NCBI GenBank assembly: GCA_963555995.3
Contig: OY821641.1
Coordinates: forward strand, 2,400,001-2,464,000
Length of the DNA stretch: 64,000 bases
Reading direction: 5' to 3'
Origin: Vicinamibacteria bacterium
GTDB lineage: Bacteria > Acidobacteriota > Vicinamibacteria > Marinacidobacterales > Marinacidobacteraceae
The position numbers and the translations under genes are program-made. This document shows, in pieces, positions 1 through 9,817 of this stretch (the first letter of the stretch is position 1; every line of letters begins with the position of its first letter). The notes below the pieces were generated by a model, which worked only from the letters and a program-made list of their open reading frames with translations, had not been told where the DNA came from and searched no databases.

Positions 1-95
1 TCATCCCCGGCCACGGGGGCCTGCTCGACCGGATTGACGGCGTGCTGTTCGGGGCGCTGGCGCTATCGGCGGCGTCCGTATTCGTGCCGTTCTAG
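1..95 (+). CDS. cdsA: Phosphatidate cytidylyltransferase, 3' end (partial)
   Basis: Manual translation from nt 3 gives IPGHGGLLDRIDGVLF...VPF*, containing the CdsA signature PGHGGxxDRxD; stop TAG at 93-95. Confidence 0.85.
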   Translation, partial: IPGHGGLLDRIDGVLFGALALSAASVFVPF

Positions 96-125
96 CAGCC
101 TGCCGGCGGGCCGGCGGCGGATTCC

Positions 126-1442
126 TCAGCCGAACAGGCCGGTCTTCGACAGGTCGAGGTACACGACGAGCACGAAGACCAGGAGCATGAACGCGGCCCC
201 CGCGACCATGAGCGCCTTGCGCATGCCGAGGCTGAGATCGCGCCGCGCCGCCGACTCCACGAGCAGCACCGCGATCTGCCCGCCGTCGAGGACCGGAATC
301 GGCAGCAGGTTGAGCACGCCGAGGCTGAGACTCAGGATCGCCATCAGCAGCAGCACGTCGGTGGGACCGCGGCGGAGCGCCTCCCCGGAGGCCTGCGCGA
401 TCCCGATGGGGCCCGAGAACTGACGCGGGGAGCCCTGGCCCGTCACCACCCGACCCAGTTGGCCGACGGTGAGACCGCCCCAGCGGACCGTCTCGGCCAT
501 CGCCTCCCGCACCGCATCGGGGACCGATTCCGCTCGGACCATGCGGAAGGGAGGCTGAAACTGGACGCCGACCTGCGGGACGGTCTGGCCGGTGTTCGGA
601 TCCTCGCGCAGTCGGGGAACGACCGAGACGACGATCTCGCTCTCGCCGCGCTCGACGGCGACGGCGATCTCCCGCTCTCCGGCGGAACGCACCAGGGCCG
701 CCACCTCCGAAGTGCTGCCCACCGGCATCCCATCCACGCGCAGGATGCGGTCGCCCGGAGCGAAGCCCGCCGCCACTGCGGGCGTGTCCGGGATCACGGC
801 CCCGATGATGGGCGGGTTCGGCGGATAGATGCCGGCAACGCCGACCGCATCAGGCCCCTCCGAGCGGATCGCGACGGAGAAGGAGCGCGGCGCTCCTTCC
901 CGCTCGACGCCGAAGACGACCTGCTGGTCCGGCCGGACGATGATGGCCTCCATCGCCGTCCGCCAGTCGGGAACCGGCTCGCCGGCCACGGTCACGATCC
1001 GGTCGCCGGCGCGAATTCCGGCGATGGCGGCGGGCGAGCGTTCGGCCACGTAGGAGACGACGGGGGGATCGGACAGGCCGATCCGCCGTTCCATCCCCAC
1101 ATAGAAGAGCCCCGCCAGGATCGCCACCGCCAGCACGAAGTTCATGGCGGGGCCGGCGAAGAGGATGGCGAGCCGTTCCCCGCGGGTCCGGTTCTGGAGT
1201 TCGGCGGGGTCGTCGCTCCCGTAGCCGGGCGCGTCCCCCGCCATCTTGACGTAGCCGCCGAGGGGCAGGAGGCCGATCGTCCACTCCGTATCCCCGATCC
1301 GCCGGCGGTAGACGTTCGGTGGGAAGCCGATCGAAAACGTCTCGACCCGAACCCCGATGAAGCGCGCCGCCAGGTAGTGGCCGAACTCGTGGACGACGAC
1401 GAGGGTGCCCACCACGAGCACGAAGGCGATGAGGGTGAGCAT
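126..1442 (-). CDS. rseP: RIP metalloprotease RseP (M50, two PDZ domains)
   Basis: HEFGH zinc motif, PLGGYVKM, AGPAMN, NLLPIPVLDGG; follows dxr. Confidence 0.95.
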   Translation of the reverse strand: MLTLIAFVLVVGTLVVVHEFGHYLAARFIGVRVETFSIGFPPNVYRRRIGDTEWTIGLLPLGGYVKMAGDAPGYGSDDPAELQNRTRGERLAILFAGPAMNFVLAVAILAGLFYVGMERRIGLSDPPVVSYVAERSPAAIAGIRAGDRIVTVAGEPVPDWRTAMEAIIVRPDQQVVFGVEREGAPRSFSVAIRSEGPDAVGVAGIYPPNPPIIGAVIPDTPAVAAGFAPGDRILRVDGMPVGSTSEVAALVRSAGEREIAVAVERGESEIVVSVVPRLREDPNTGQTVPQVGVQFQPPFRMVRAESVPDAVREAMAETVRWGGLTVGQLGRVVTGQGSPRQFSGPIGIAQASGEALRRGPTDVLLLMAILSLSLGVLNLLPIPVLDGGQIAVLLVESAARRDLSLGMRKALMVAGAAFMLLVFVLVVYLDLSKTGLFG

Positions 1443-1444
1443 GG

Positions 1445-2632
1445 TCAGCGCGCGGTCGCCGGAACGCGGTCTTCGACGAGGTCGCCGGCGTAGGAGCGCG
1501 CCCAGGCGTCGGCGCGGGCGACCCCTTCCAGGTCTTCCGGCTCGGCGGGGGAGTGGGCGGCCAGCGTCGCGCCCACGACGGACGGGATCCCGGGGAACGG
1601 GATCCGGCCGTCGAGGAAGGCCGCCACCGCGACCTCGTTCGCCGCGTTCAGCACCGCCGGCGCGTCACCCCCGGCCGCGAGAGCCTCGGCGGCGAGTCGA
1701 AGGCAGGGGAAGCGGTCCGGATCGGGCGGCTCGAAGCGGAGGTCGAGCGGCTGGTCGAGCGGCAGCGGGGCGAGTCCGGTCGGCAGGCGCTCCGGCCAGG
1801 TGAGGGCGTACTGCACCGGCGTCCGCATGTGCGTGACGCCGAGCTGGGCCAGGATCGAGCCGTCCTCGAACTCGACCATGGAGTGGACGATGGACTCCGG
1901 ATGGACCACCACCCGGATCGCCTCCGGCGGCTGGTCAAAGAGCCAGCGCGCCTCGATCATCTCGAGGCCCTTGTTCATCATCGTCGCGGAGTCAATCGTG
2001 ATCTTGGGTCCCATGCGCCAAGTGGGATGCCGGAGTGCGAGCTCCGGGGTGGCGCGGGCGATCTCGGCGGCCGAGGCGGCGCGGAACGGACCCCCGGAGG
2101 CGGTCAGCCAGAGGCGGCGGACGGGGTCCCGCCGGTCGGCGAGGCACTGGTGGATCGCGGCGTGCTCGCTGTCCACCGGAATCAGCCGGGCGCCGGAGGC
2201 GGCGGCGGCGCGCGCCATCACCGCCCCGGCGGCCACCAGCGACTCCTTGTTGGCAAGGCCGACGACCTTGCCGGCGCTGAGGGCGGCCAGGGTCGGGCGG
2301 AGTCCCGCCGCGCCGACGATCCCCGAAATGACGAATCCGGCGCCCGGCGCGGTGGCGGCGCGCTCGAGCCCGGCGGGACCTCCCGCGACCTCGATCCCCG
2401 CGAGCCGCTTCCCATAGGCGTTCTCGAACTTCTCGGCTTCCGCTTCCCGGCCGAGGGCCACGATTTCGGGCCGGTAGCGCTCGCACAGCGAAGCGAGCCG
2501 GTCGGAAGCGCGGCCGGCGGCGAGCGCGACGACCCGGAACCGGTCGGGGCAGCGGTCCACCACCTCGAGGGTCGTCGAACCGATGGAGCCCGTCGCCCCC
2601 AGGATGGAAACGCCGCGGGTTTCGGGGCTCAT
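1445..2632 (-). CDS. dxr: 1-deoxy-D-xylulose-5-phosphate reductoisomerase
   Basis: ILGATGSIG, LANKESLV, PVDSEH, LTASGGPF, HPTWRMGPKITIDSATMMNKGLE; start taken at ATG 2632. Confidence 0.95.
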   Translation of the reverse strand: MSPETRGVSILGATGSIGSTTLEVVDRCPDRFRVVALAAGRASDRLASLCERYRPEIVALGREAEAEKFENAYGKRLAGIEVAGGPAGLERAATAPGAGFVISGIVGAAGLRPTLAALSAGKVVGLANKESLVAAGAVMARAAAASGARLIPVDSEHAAIHQCLADRRDPVRRLWLTASGGPFRAASAAEIARATPELALRHPTWRMGPKITIDSATMMNKGLEMIEARWLFDQPPEAIRVVVHPESIVHSMVEFEDGSILAQLGVTHMRTPVQYALTWPERLPTGLAPLPLDQPLDLRFEPPDPDRFPCLRLAAEALAAGGDAPAVLNAANEVAVAAFLDGRIPFPGIPSVVGATLAAHSPAEPEDLEGVARADAWARSYAGDLVEDRVPATAR

Positions 2633-2785
2633 CGTTTCGTTTTCACCAGGTACGCCTGTTTTTCCGCCAGCGCGACGATTGTAGAGCCGCGAAGCGCCGC
2701 CGCCTGCCGGCATCGGCCCGCCTCCTCTCCACGCTCGGCACTCAACCGACTTTGCTCACCGACCCTTAACATTCGGGGCCGCCGC

Positions 2786-3895
2786 ATGAAGATCGACCGA
2801 CTCACGATCCGGGAACTCCGGCTCGACCTCAAATACCCCTTCGAAACCAGCTTCGCGCGGGTGACCGAGCAGCAGTTCCTCCTCCTCGAAGCCGAGATCG
2901 CGGGAGTGAGCGGGCATGCCGAGTGCGTCGCCGATGTCGCTCCGGGCTATTCCTACGAAACGGTCCGCACCGCCGAACACCTCATCCGCGACTTCCTGTG
3001 GCCGCTGGCGGCCGGGAACGACTACGCCCATCCGGACGAAGTCGTTCCGTCGTTCGCCCGGGTCCGCGGCCACAACATGGCCAAGGCCGCCATCGAGATG
3101 GCGGTGTGGGACGCCTTCGCGCGTCTCGAGGACAAGCCGCTCGCCGGCGTGCTCGGCGGCACCCGCTCGCGCACCGTCTCCGGGGTCTCGATCGGAATCC
3201 AGGACACCGTGGAACAGCTCCTCGACAAGATCGGGCTCGAACTCTCCCGGGGCTACCGGCGGATCAAGATCAAGATCAAGCCCGGGTGGGACGTCGCCGT
3301 GGTCGGGCGAGTGCGCGAGCGCTATCCGGACCTGCCGCTCATGGTGGACGCGAACAGCGCCTACACCCTCGCGGACGAGCCGCTCTTCCGCGAACTCGAC
3401 CAGTTCGGGCTGATGATGATCGAGCAGCCGCTCGAACACGACGACATGTGGGACCACGCCGCGCTCCAGCGGAAGATCTCGACGCCCATCTGCCTAGACG
3501 AATCGGTGCATTCGGTCGCCGACGCCCGCCGGGCCATCGAGATGGGAGCGTGCCGGATCATCAACGTCAAGGCGGGCCGGGTCGGGGGACTCGCGGCGGC
3601 GCGCGACATCGCGGCCCTCGCCGAGAGCCACGGGGTCCCGGTGTGGTGCGGCGGCATGCTGGAGAGCGGCGTCGGCCGGGCCCACAACATCCACCTTTCC
3701 TCGCTTTCCGGCTTCTCGATGCCGGGCGACGTGGCCGCCTCCGAGCGCTACTTCATCGAGGAGATCATCGAACCGCCAGTGACCGTGGATCCCGACGGCT
3801 CGCTCCCGATCCCCGAGGGCGCCGGAATCGGCTTCGCGCTGCGGGAAGACGTCATCCGGCGCCACACCCTTTGCGAGACCACGCTCTCCCGCTGA
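2786..3895 (+). CDS. menC: o-succinylbenzoate synthase / N-succinylamino acid racemase (enolase superfamily)
   Basis: KIKIKPG, DANSAY, EQPL, LDES, KAGRVGG, CGGMLESG motifs; start MKIDRLTIRELRL at 2786 inside ORF 1553..3895. Confidence 0.8.
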   Translation: MKIDRLTIRELRLDLKYPFETSFARVTEQQFLLLEAEIAGVSGHAECVADVAPGYSYETVRTAEHLIRDFLWPLAAGNDYAHPDEVVPSFARVRGHNMAKAAIEMAVWDAFARLEDKPLAGVLGGTRSRTVSGVSIGIQDTVEQLLDKIGLELSRGYRRIKIKIKPGWDVAVVGRVRERYPDLPLMVDANSAYTLADEPLFRELDQFGLMMIEQPLEHDDMWDHAALQRKISTPICLDESVHSVADARRAIEMGACRIINVKAGRVGGLAAARDIAALAESHGVPVWCGGMLESGVGRAHNIHLSSLSGFSMPGDVAASERYFIEEIIEPPVTVDPDGSLPIPEGAGIGFALREDVIRRHTLCETTLSR

Positions 3896-3939
3896 CCCGC
3901 CGGGCGCCGGGGCCGCGGTCCCGGCGGGCGATCCGGCAG

Positions 3940-6033
3940 GTGGCCGCCTGCCTGATGCTCGCCGCGGTCCCGGTCTCCGCGCAGCCCCCGGCGCCCGAGG
4001 GCGTCCTCGCACAACGTGAGCCGCCGCCCCCGCCGGTCCTCCCCACTCCCGAGCGCCTCGCCCGGGTCCTTGCGCTCGAGGACGCGCGGTCCTTCGGGGA
4101 CGGCTGGCTCCGGGACCGGGTGTACGACCCGGACCCCGAGGTGCGCCGCCGGGCGGTGCTCGCCCTCGGGCGCATCGGCCGCCCCGAAGCCGTCGAACCG
4201 CTGGTGACCGCGCTGACCGCCGACGAGGCGGGCGCCGTTCGCTCGACCGCGGCCTTCGCTTTGGGCATCGTCGAGGATCCGCTGCCGGCGGACGCGGTCT
4301 CGGCGCTCGAAGCGGCGCTGCTGGACGGCTCGGGCCGCGTCCGCGAGAAGGCGATCGAGGCCATCGGACGGCGGGGCGGCGAACGCGCGGGCAAGATCGT
4401 CGCCGGGCGGCTCGCCGAACTGGTGGAAGCGCCCGGCTACGCCGACCGGCGCGAGGACGTCGAGGCGTTCCGGCGGCGGACCTCCTGGGACGAAGCGAGG
4501 CTCGGACTCTTCGCCCTCGCCCGCATCCGGGACGACGGGGGCGATCCCGGGGACACCGGCGGCGTCCTCGGCCGCGGCGGGTCGCCGCGCACGCTCTGGT
4601 GGGCTTCCGCGTGGACCGCGGCCCGTCTCCGGGATCCGGCGCTCGTGTCCCTGCATCGCGCCTACGCCGGCTCGCCGGACCCGGTCATCCGGGCGCTGGG
4701 CGTGCGTGGTCTCGGCTCTACGGGGCTGCCGGTGGCCGAGGACATCGCCCCCGAACTCGGCCACCCGAGCGACACCGTCAGGATCGAAGCGATCCGCGTC
4801 GTCCGGGCGCTCGCGGAGGTCGACCTGCCGATCGGCGCCACCACCGGAGCGAGGCTCTTCGAGGCGCTCGATGACGCCGTTCCCGCGATCCGCCGGGAGG
4901 CGCTTCGCGGGCTGGGTGACGTGCGGCGCCCGGAGGCCACGGACGCGCTGATCCGGCGGATGCAGTCTTCCGATCCCGAGGTGCGCGCCGGCGCGATGCG
5001 GGCCCTCTACCCCCAGGACCAGGAGGGGTTCTTGCTGTTGCTCTCCGGCTGGTCGGACCGCGATCCGGCAGGCAGGATCGCGATGACCCGCCGGCTTTCC
5101 GGGATCCCCGACCCCCGCATCCGCAGCTACCTGCTGCGGAACCCACTCGCCGACGAGGACTCGAGGGTGCGCGCGGTCGCCCTCGCCGGACTCGGCGAAC
5201 TCGAGGCAACCCTGCGGAGCACCGGAGACGAGAGTACGGAGGTCGCCCCTGCCCTGATCCGCCACCTCGGCGCGGAGGATCCCTACGAGCGCGCCGCCGC
5301 GGCGGCGGCGCTCGGGCGCCTCAAGACCGGAGCCGAGAGCCTGCGGCAGTCCTACGGCGCGGACGACGCCGCGGCGCCCGATTTCCGGCTGGCCGCGCTC
5401 CGTGCCGGCCTCGCCCAGGGGCCGGAGAGCGGCCGGATCGCCTTCGCTCGCGAAGCGCTCGCCGATCCGGCTTGGCCCGTCCGCCGCGAGGCCCATGAAT
5501 TCCTCCGCCGTTCGGGAGCCGCCGGCGAAGACCCGGCTCCCGCCGAGACGCTGGAGACCACGGACTACCGGGCCATGCTCGAGGCCCCGTTCAGCCCGCT
5601 CGCCTGGATCGAGACCGCGCGGGGAACCATCGAGATCGAACTCTTCATCGGCGACGCGCCCCGCACCGTCTCGAACTTCATCCGCCTCGCCCGCGAGGGT
5701 TTCTACGACGGCCTGCGCTTCCACCGGGTGGTCCCGAACTTCGTGCTCCAGGCGGGCGATCCCCGCGGGGACTCCTCGGGAGGCCCCGGCTACACGATCC
5801 GGTGCGAGATCGGCGAGGGCTTCTACATGCGCGGGAGCGTGGGCATGGCGCTCGACGGCAAGGACACCGGCGGCAGCCAGTTCTTCATCACGCTCCTTCC
5901 CCAGCCGCACCTCAACGGCCGTTACACCCTCTTCGGGCACGTGCGGGACGGATTCGCGGTTCTGGATCAGATCGAGCCCGGCGACCGGATTCGGCGCATC
6001 CGCATCTGGGACGGCGTGACGCCTCCGGAATAG
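3940..6033 (+). CDS. HEAT-repeat protein fused to a C-terminal cyclophilin-type peptidylprolyl isomerase
   Basis: Signal-like N terminus, HEAT repeats (VRRRAVLALGRIG), C-terminal FYDGLRFHRVVPNFVLQAGDP...GSQFFIT...YTLFG; start uncertain (GTG 3940 or ATG 3955). Confidence 0.85.
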   Translation: MAACLMLAAVPVSAQPPAPEGVLAQREPPPPPVLPTPERLARVLALEDARSFGDGWLRDRVYDPDPEVRRRAVLALGRIGRPEAVEPLVTALTADEAGAVRSTAAFALGIVEDPLPADAVSALEAALLDGSGRVREKAIEAIGRRGGERAGKIVAGRLAELVEAPGYADRREDVEAFRRRTSWDEARLGLFALARIRDDGGDPGDTGGVLGRGGSPRTLWWASAWTAARLRDPALVSLHRAYAGSPDPVIRALGVRGLGSTGLPVAEDIAPELGHPSDTVRIEAIRVVRALAEVDLPIGATTGARLFEALDDAVPAIRREALRGLGDVRRPEATDALIRRMQSSDPEVRAGAMRALYPQDQEGFLLLLSGWSDRDPAGRIAMTRRLSGIPDPRIRSYLLRNPLADEDSRVRAVALAGLGELEATLRSTGDESTEVAPALIRHLGAEDPYERAAAAAALGRLKTGAESLRQSYGADDAAAPDFRLAALRAGLAQGPESGRIAFAREALADPAWPVRREAHEFLRRSGAAGEDPAPAETLETTDYRAMLEAPFSPLAWIETARGTIEIELFIGDAPRTVSNFIRLAREGFYDGLRFHRVVPNFVLQAGDPRGDSSGGPGYTIRCEIGEGFYMRGSVGMALDGKDTGGSQFFITLLPQPHLNGRYTLFGHVRDGFAVLDQIEPGDRIRRIRIWDGVTPPE

Positions 6034-6878
6034 TGCCGCATGCCGCCAACCGGCCGCGGCCCCGCTTCGGGCTGTTGGCCGTGGACCTCGACGGCACCCT
6101 GCTGAACTCCCGGAAAGAGATATCCGAGCAGAATCGGGCGGCCCTCGCCCGCGCGGAAGCGGCGGGGGTCGCGCTGGCGTTCATCTCCGGCCGGCGCTAC
6201 GCGGAACTCCGGGTGCTGACCGCGGACCTCTCCAAGGCCGCGTTCCGGGTAGGGCACGGCGGCGCCCTCATCCGGCGCCGCGGCCGGACCATCGCCGAAA
6301 TCCCACTGCCGAGGACGGCGGCGGAACTCGCGGTCCGGTCCGCGCGGCGGCTCCGGATCCCCGCCCTGATCAGCGAGCGCGACGGCAGCGTCCGCATCAC
6401 CGCCAATTCGCCGGCCACGCCCCGGGTCGCGCGCTACCTGCGGACCGTTCGGCCCGAGCCCCGCTTCGACCCGGATCCGACGTTCGCCGAGGATCCCCTC
6501 CATCTCGTGATCGCCGGCACCCCGGAGAGCTGCCGCGAGGCCGAACGCGAACTGCGGGAGTCGCTCGGGGACTCCGTCAATCTCGCCCGCACCGAGTACG
6601 TGGCCTCCCGTCTCGGTCTCCTGGACGTCCTCGCGAGCGCCGCCGACAAGGGGACCGCGCTTGCCAGGATCGCCCGGGAGGCCGGTCTGCCGCTCAGCGC
6701 CACGCTGGCGATCGGGGACAACTGGAACGACCTGGAGATGCTCGAGACCGCCGGGGTCGGGGTGTTGATGGAGAACGCCGAGCCGGGGCTGAAGACCCGA
6801 GGTTTCGAAACCACCGCCTCGCACGACGCGCACGGGGTGGCAGCCGCGATCGATCGACTGGTTTTGGGTGCGCAGTGA
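6033..6878 (+). CDS. Cof-type HAD-IIB hydrolase
   Basis: DLDGTLLN, ISGR, DKGTAL, IGDNWNDLEML; GTG start overlaps the upstream stop. Confidence 0.85.
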   Translation: MPHAANRPRPRFGLLAVDLDGTLLNSRKEISEQNRAALARAEAAGVALAFISGRRYAELRVLTADLSKAAFRVGHGGALIRRRGRTIAEIPLPRTAAELAVRSARRLRIPALISERDGSVRITANSPATPRVARYLRTVRPEPRFDPDPTFAEDPLHLVIAGTPESCREAERELRESLGDSVNLARTEYVASRLGLLDVLASAADKGTALARIAREAGLPLSATLAIGDNWNDLEMLETAGVGVLMENAEPGLKTRGFETTASHDAHGVAAAIDRLVLGAQ

Positions 6879-8070
6879 AGCCCGGCTTCGCGATCCGGCG
6901 CCGGAGCGGGGGAGCCCGGCTCGGGCGGCTGGACACCGCTCACGGTCCGGTGGAGACCCCCGCCTTCATGCCGGTCGCCACCGGGGGGGCGATCCGGGGA
7001 CTCACGAGCGCGGGGGTGGCCGCCACCGGAACCCGCATCCTGCTGAGCAACGCTTGGCACCTCATGCTGCAGCCGGGCGACGAGCGGATCGCCGCGCTCG
7101 GGGGCCTGCACCGGCTGATGGCCTGGGACCACCCCATCCTGACCGACAGCGGCGGCTACCAGGTGGCGAGTCTCGCCACCCTCCGGAAGATCTCGGAGAC
7201 CGGAGTGCACCTGCGCTCCTACCGGGACGGATCGCCGCACGAGCTGACTCCGGAGCGGGCGGTCGAGATCCAGCGGAACCTCGGTTCGGACATCGCGATG
7301 GTGCTCGACGAGTGTCTCGCGCTCCCGGCGCCGCCCGACGAAGTCGAACGGGCGGCGGCGCGCAGCCTGCGCTGGGCCGAGCGCTCGCTGGCGGCGCCGC
7401 ACGCTCCGAGCCAGCTCCTCTTCGGCATCGTTCAGGGGGGCGTCCTGCCGGAGGTGAGGCGCGAGAACGCCCGGGCCCTCCTTTCCCTCGGCCCTCCGGG
7501 CGAGGGTTTCGACGGCTTCGGCATCGGCGGCCTGCTGATGGGGGAGCCCACTGCGGACACCCGCCGGATGACCGAGCTTTCGGCGGAGGTTCTTGGCGAA
7601 GAGCGACCCCGGTATCTCATGGGGGCCGGCCTGCCGGCGGATCTGATCGAATCGGCCGGGCTCGGCATGGACCTCTTCGACAGCGTGATTCCGACGCGCC
7701 TCGCCCGCCGCGGCATCGTCTTCACCTCGACCGGCCGGTTGAACGTTTCGCGGGCCCCCTACCGGGACGACCCGGCCCCGCTCGACGAGGAGTGCGGGTG
7801 CCTCGCCTGCCGCGACTACTGCCGCGCCTGGCTCCACCACCTGCTCCGCGCGAAGGAGCGGATCGCCGCCACCCTGCTCAGCGCCCACAACCTCACGTTC
7901 TACGCCAGCCTCATGTCGCGGATGCGCGAGGATCGCCGCCGACCGCTTCTGGACAAGACCGGGGCGGATCCCGGTTCGGGCAGACCCGCGCCGCCGACCG
8001 CTTCGCCGAGTTCCACGAGGAGAACCGCCGCGCGGTGGAGTTCCAGTCAGGGGACCGCCGGGATGGGGGT
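6875..8070 (+). CDS. tgt: tRNA-guanine transglycosylase (queuine tRNA-ribosyltransferase); 3' end frameshifted and scrambled
   Basis: ETPAFMPVAT, TDSGGYQ, FGIVQGG, YLMGAG, DLFDSVIPTR, CGCLAC...HNL; the expected last helix (AADRFAEFHEE) lies in another frame after nt 7990; end approximate. Confidence 0.85.
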
Positions 8071-8073
8071 AGA

Positions 8074-8118
8074 GGGCGAGTGGAGTTGCGACGTGCGCGG
8101 TGCGGAGCGACCGCGCGT
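8074..8118 (+). repeat. Truncated copy of the REP-like double-hairpin element
   Basis: Close match to the reverse complement of 53460-53505 (gggcg..tggagtt(g/a)cgacgtgcgcgg(t/c)gcggagcg(a)ccgcgcgt). Confidence 0.7.
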
Positions 8119-8119
8119 C

Positions 8120-9513
8120 GCCCAACTTCTTTCCGGTCCTGGACAAGACCGGGGCGGACCGGGGTGGCGCTCGTTCCCCAAGCCGGTCGGCGCGGTCACC
8201 CCACCGCGCGCGCGAGCTGCTGACCCTGTCGGGGGCGAAGGACGATCCGCGGGACGCCGAGGGTCTGGCGCTGGCGCTGCGCGTGGTCCCCCGGATCTTC
8301 CGGCACCTGCAGCCGAAGCACCCGGTGCTGGTGCTGCTCCGGGACCGCGCGCGGCTGCGCGCGGACCTGGTGAAGCAGCGGACCCGGCTGAGCCAAAAGA
8401 TCCGGGCGCAACTGCTGCGCTACTTCCCGGCGATGTGGGCGCTGGCGGGAAGCCTGTCGGGGCTCTGGGGCGGCTTGTTCCTCACCCTGTGGGAGCGGGC
8501 CCCGACCCCGGAGCGGGCGCGGCGGCTGCACCGCGGCACGGTGGCGAAGGTGTTGGCGCGGTGCAAGATCCGCAAGCGCACCGCGGAGGAGGTGGTGGGT
8601 GTGCTGCGCCAGCCAGCCCCGGTGGTCGCCCCGGGAGTGACCGATGGGGCGGTGGAGACCATCGGGATGCTGGTGGCCCAGTTGCGGCTGGTGCACGAAC
8701 AGGTGAAGGCGTTGGACCGGGGGATCGCCGCGTTGCTCCAGCAACTGCCGGCGGCGCTCGGAGAAGCTGATGAAGAAGCAGACGGCGGGGACTCGCTGAC
8801 CCGGCTGCTGTCGATGAAGGGCGCCGGGCCGGTGGTTGCCGCGGGCCTGTTCGGAGAGGCGGGCGATCTCTTGGTGGAAGGCAGCCTCGGGCAGACCCGC
8901 GCCTATCTCGGCGCCGCGCCGGTCACCAGGAAGTCCGGGGGGAAAGAGACGCATCACAAACGGCGGGCGGTGAACCGCCACGGGCAGAACGCGCTCTACC
9001 ACTTCGCGATGGCCGCCATCGCCGCCGATCCCGGCTTCCAGCGACAAAAGGAGATCCTCAAGGCCCGTGGGCACAACCACGCCCGCATCCTCAGAACCCT
9101 GGGGGACCGGCTCCTGAGGATCTTCTTCGCCATGCAGCGCGACAAGACCCTCTACGACCCGGAGCGCACCCTCCAGAAGGCGGCCGCCGCGTGACCTCCG
9201 CGGTGGACCTCATCCGGGGGACGACACCGAGCACCCGCGCGGGCGCCGGTCGAGCTGCCGGATGGCGCTGCCCTCCCGAAGGGGAGCGCCAACGCCACCC
9301 GGAGAAGGCGGACGGACGAGAGGGACACTGCACCTGGCCGGATCACTGCTCCCGGCCATCACAACCCCTCGCACAGTCCTTGCGGTCCGCCTTGCCGCCA
9401 TCGCGCTACGCTGCCGGGTGATGGCCTCGGTCCGGCTCGCCCCGGCCCGAAGCCTCCCCGGCTCGGACAAACACCGGAAGCACCAGCCGGCTCCCCTCAT
9501 CGCGCTGTGCCAC
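8120..9513 (+). mobile_element. IS110-family element: 5'-truncated transposase (coding to 9194) plus 3' non-coding end
   Basis: SGAKDDPRDA (last two Asp of the DEDD RuvC domain), LLSMKGAGPVVAA, AYLGAAPVTRKSGG (catalytic Ser motif), NRHGQNALYH, RLLRIFFAM; N-terminal D/E not found; ends approximate. Confidence 0.85.
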
Positions 9514-9770
9514 CGCGGAGCCTCGAGCGCGTGGCGGCCCGGGTGGTGACGAGGCTTCCCACACTGCTCCAGGCGGACCCGGCCGGCGGCGCGTTCGGCA
9601 TGCAGATCGTGCTGTTCGCCATCATTTTCGGCATCTTCTATTTCATCGTCTTCCGTCCCCGGCGCAATGCTGCGGAGCCTCGAGCGCGGCGCCCGGGTGG
9701 TGACGACCGGCGGCATTCACGGGACCATCGCCGGGATTCAGGGTGACATCGTGCAGCTCAAGGTCACCGA
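9514..9770 (+). pseudogene. yajC: Partial scrambled duplicate of yajC
   Basis: 9555-9770 nearly duplicates 9821-10058 with an internal deletion; a third fragment (gcggagcctcgagcgcg...) lies near 9514. Confidence 0.7.
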
Positions 9771-9817
9771 TGCGGGTTTTTTCACATCAGAGTTTTCTCG
9801 GGAGCCGAATCCTGACC

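Noticed and set aside
6875-8770. Apparent 631-aa Tgt fusion protein
   Set aside because: The extension is off-frame read-through into the IS110 caused by the scrambled tgt end, not a real domain.
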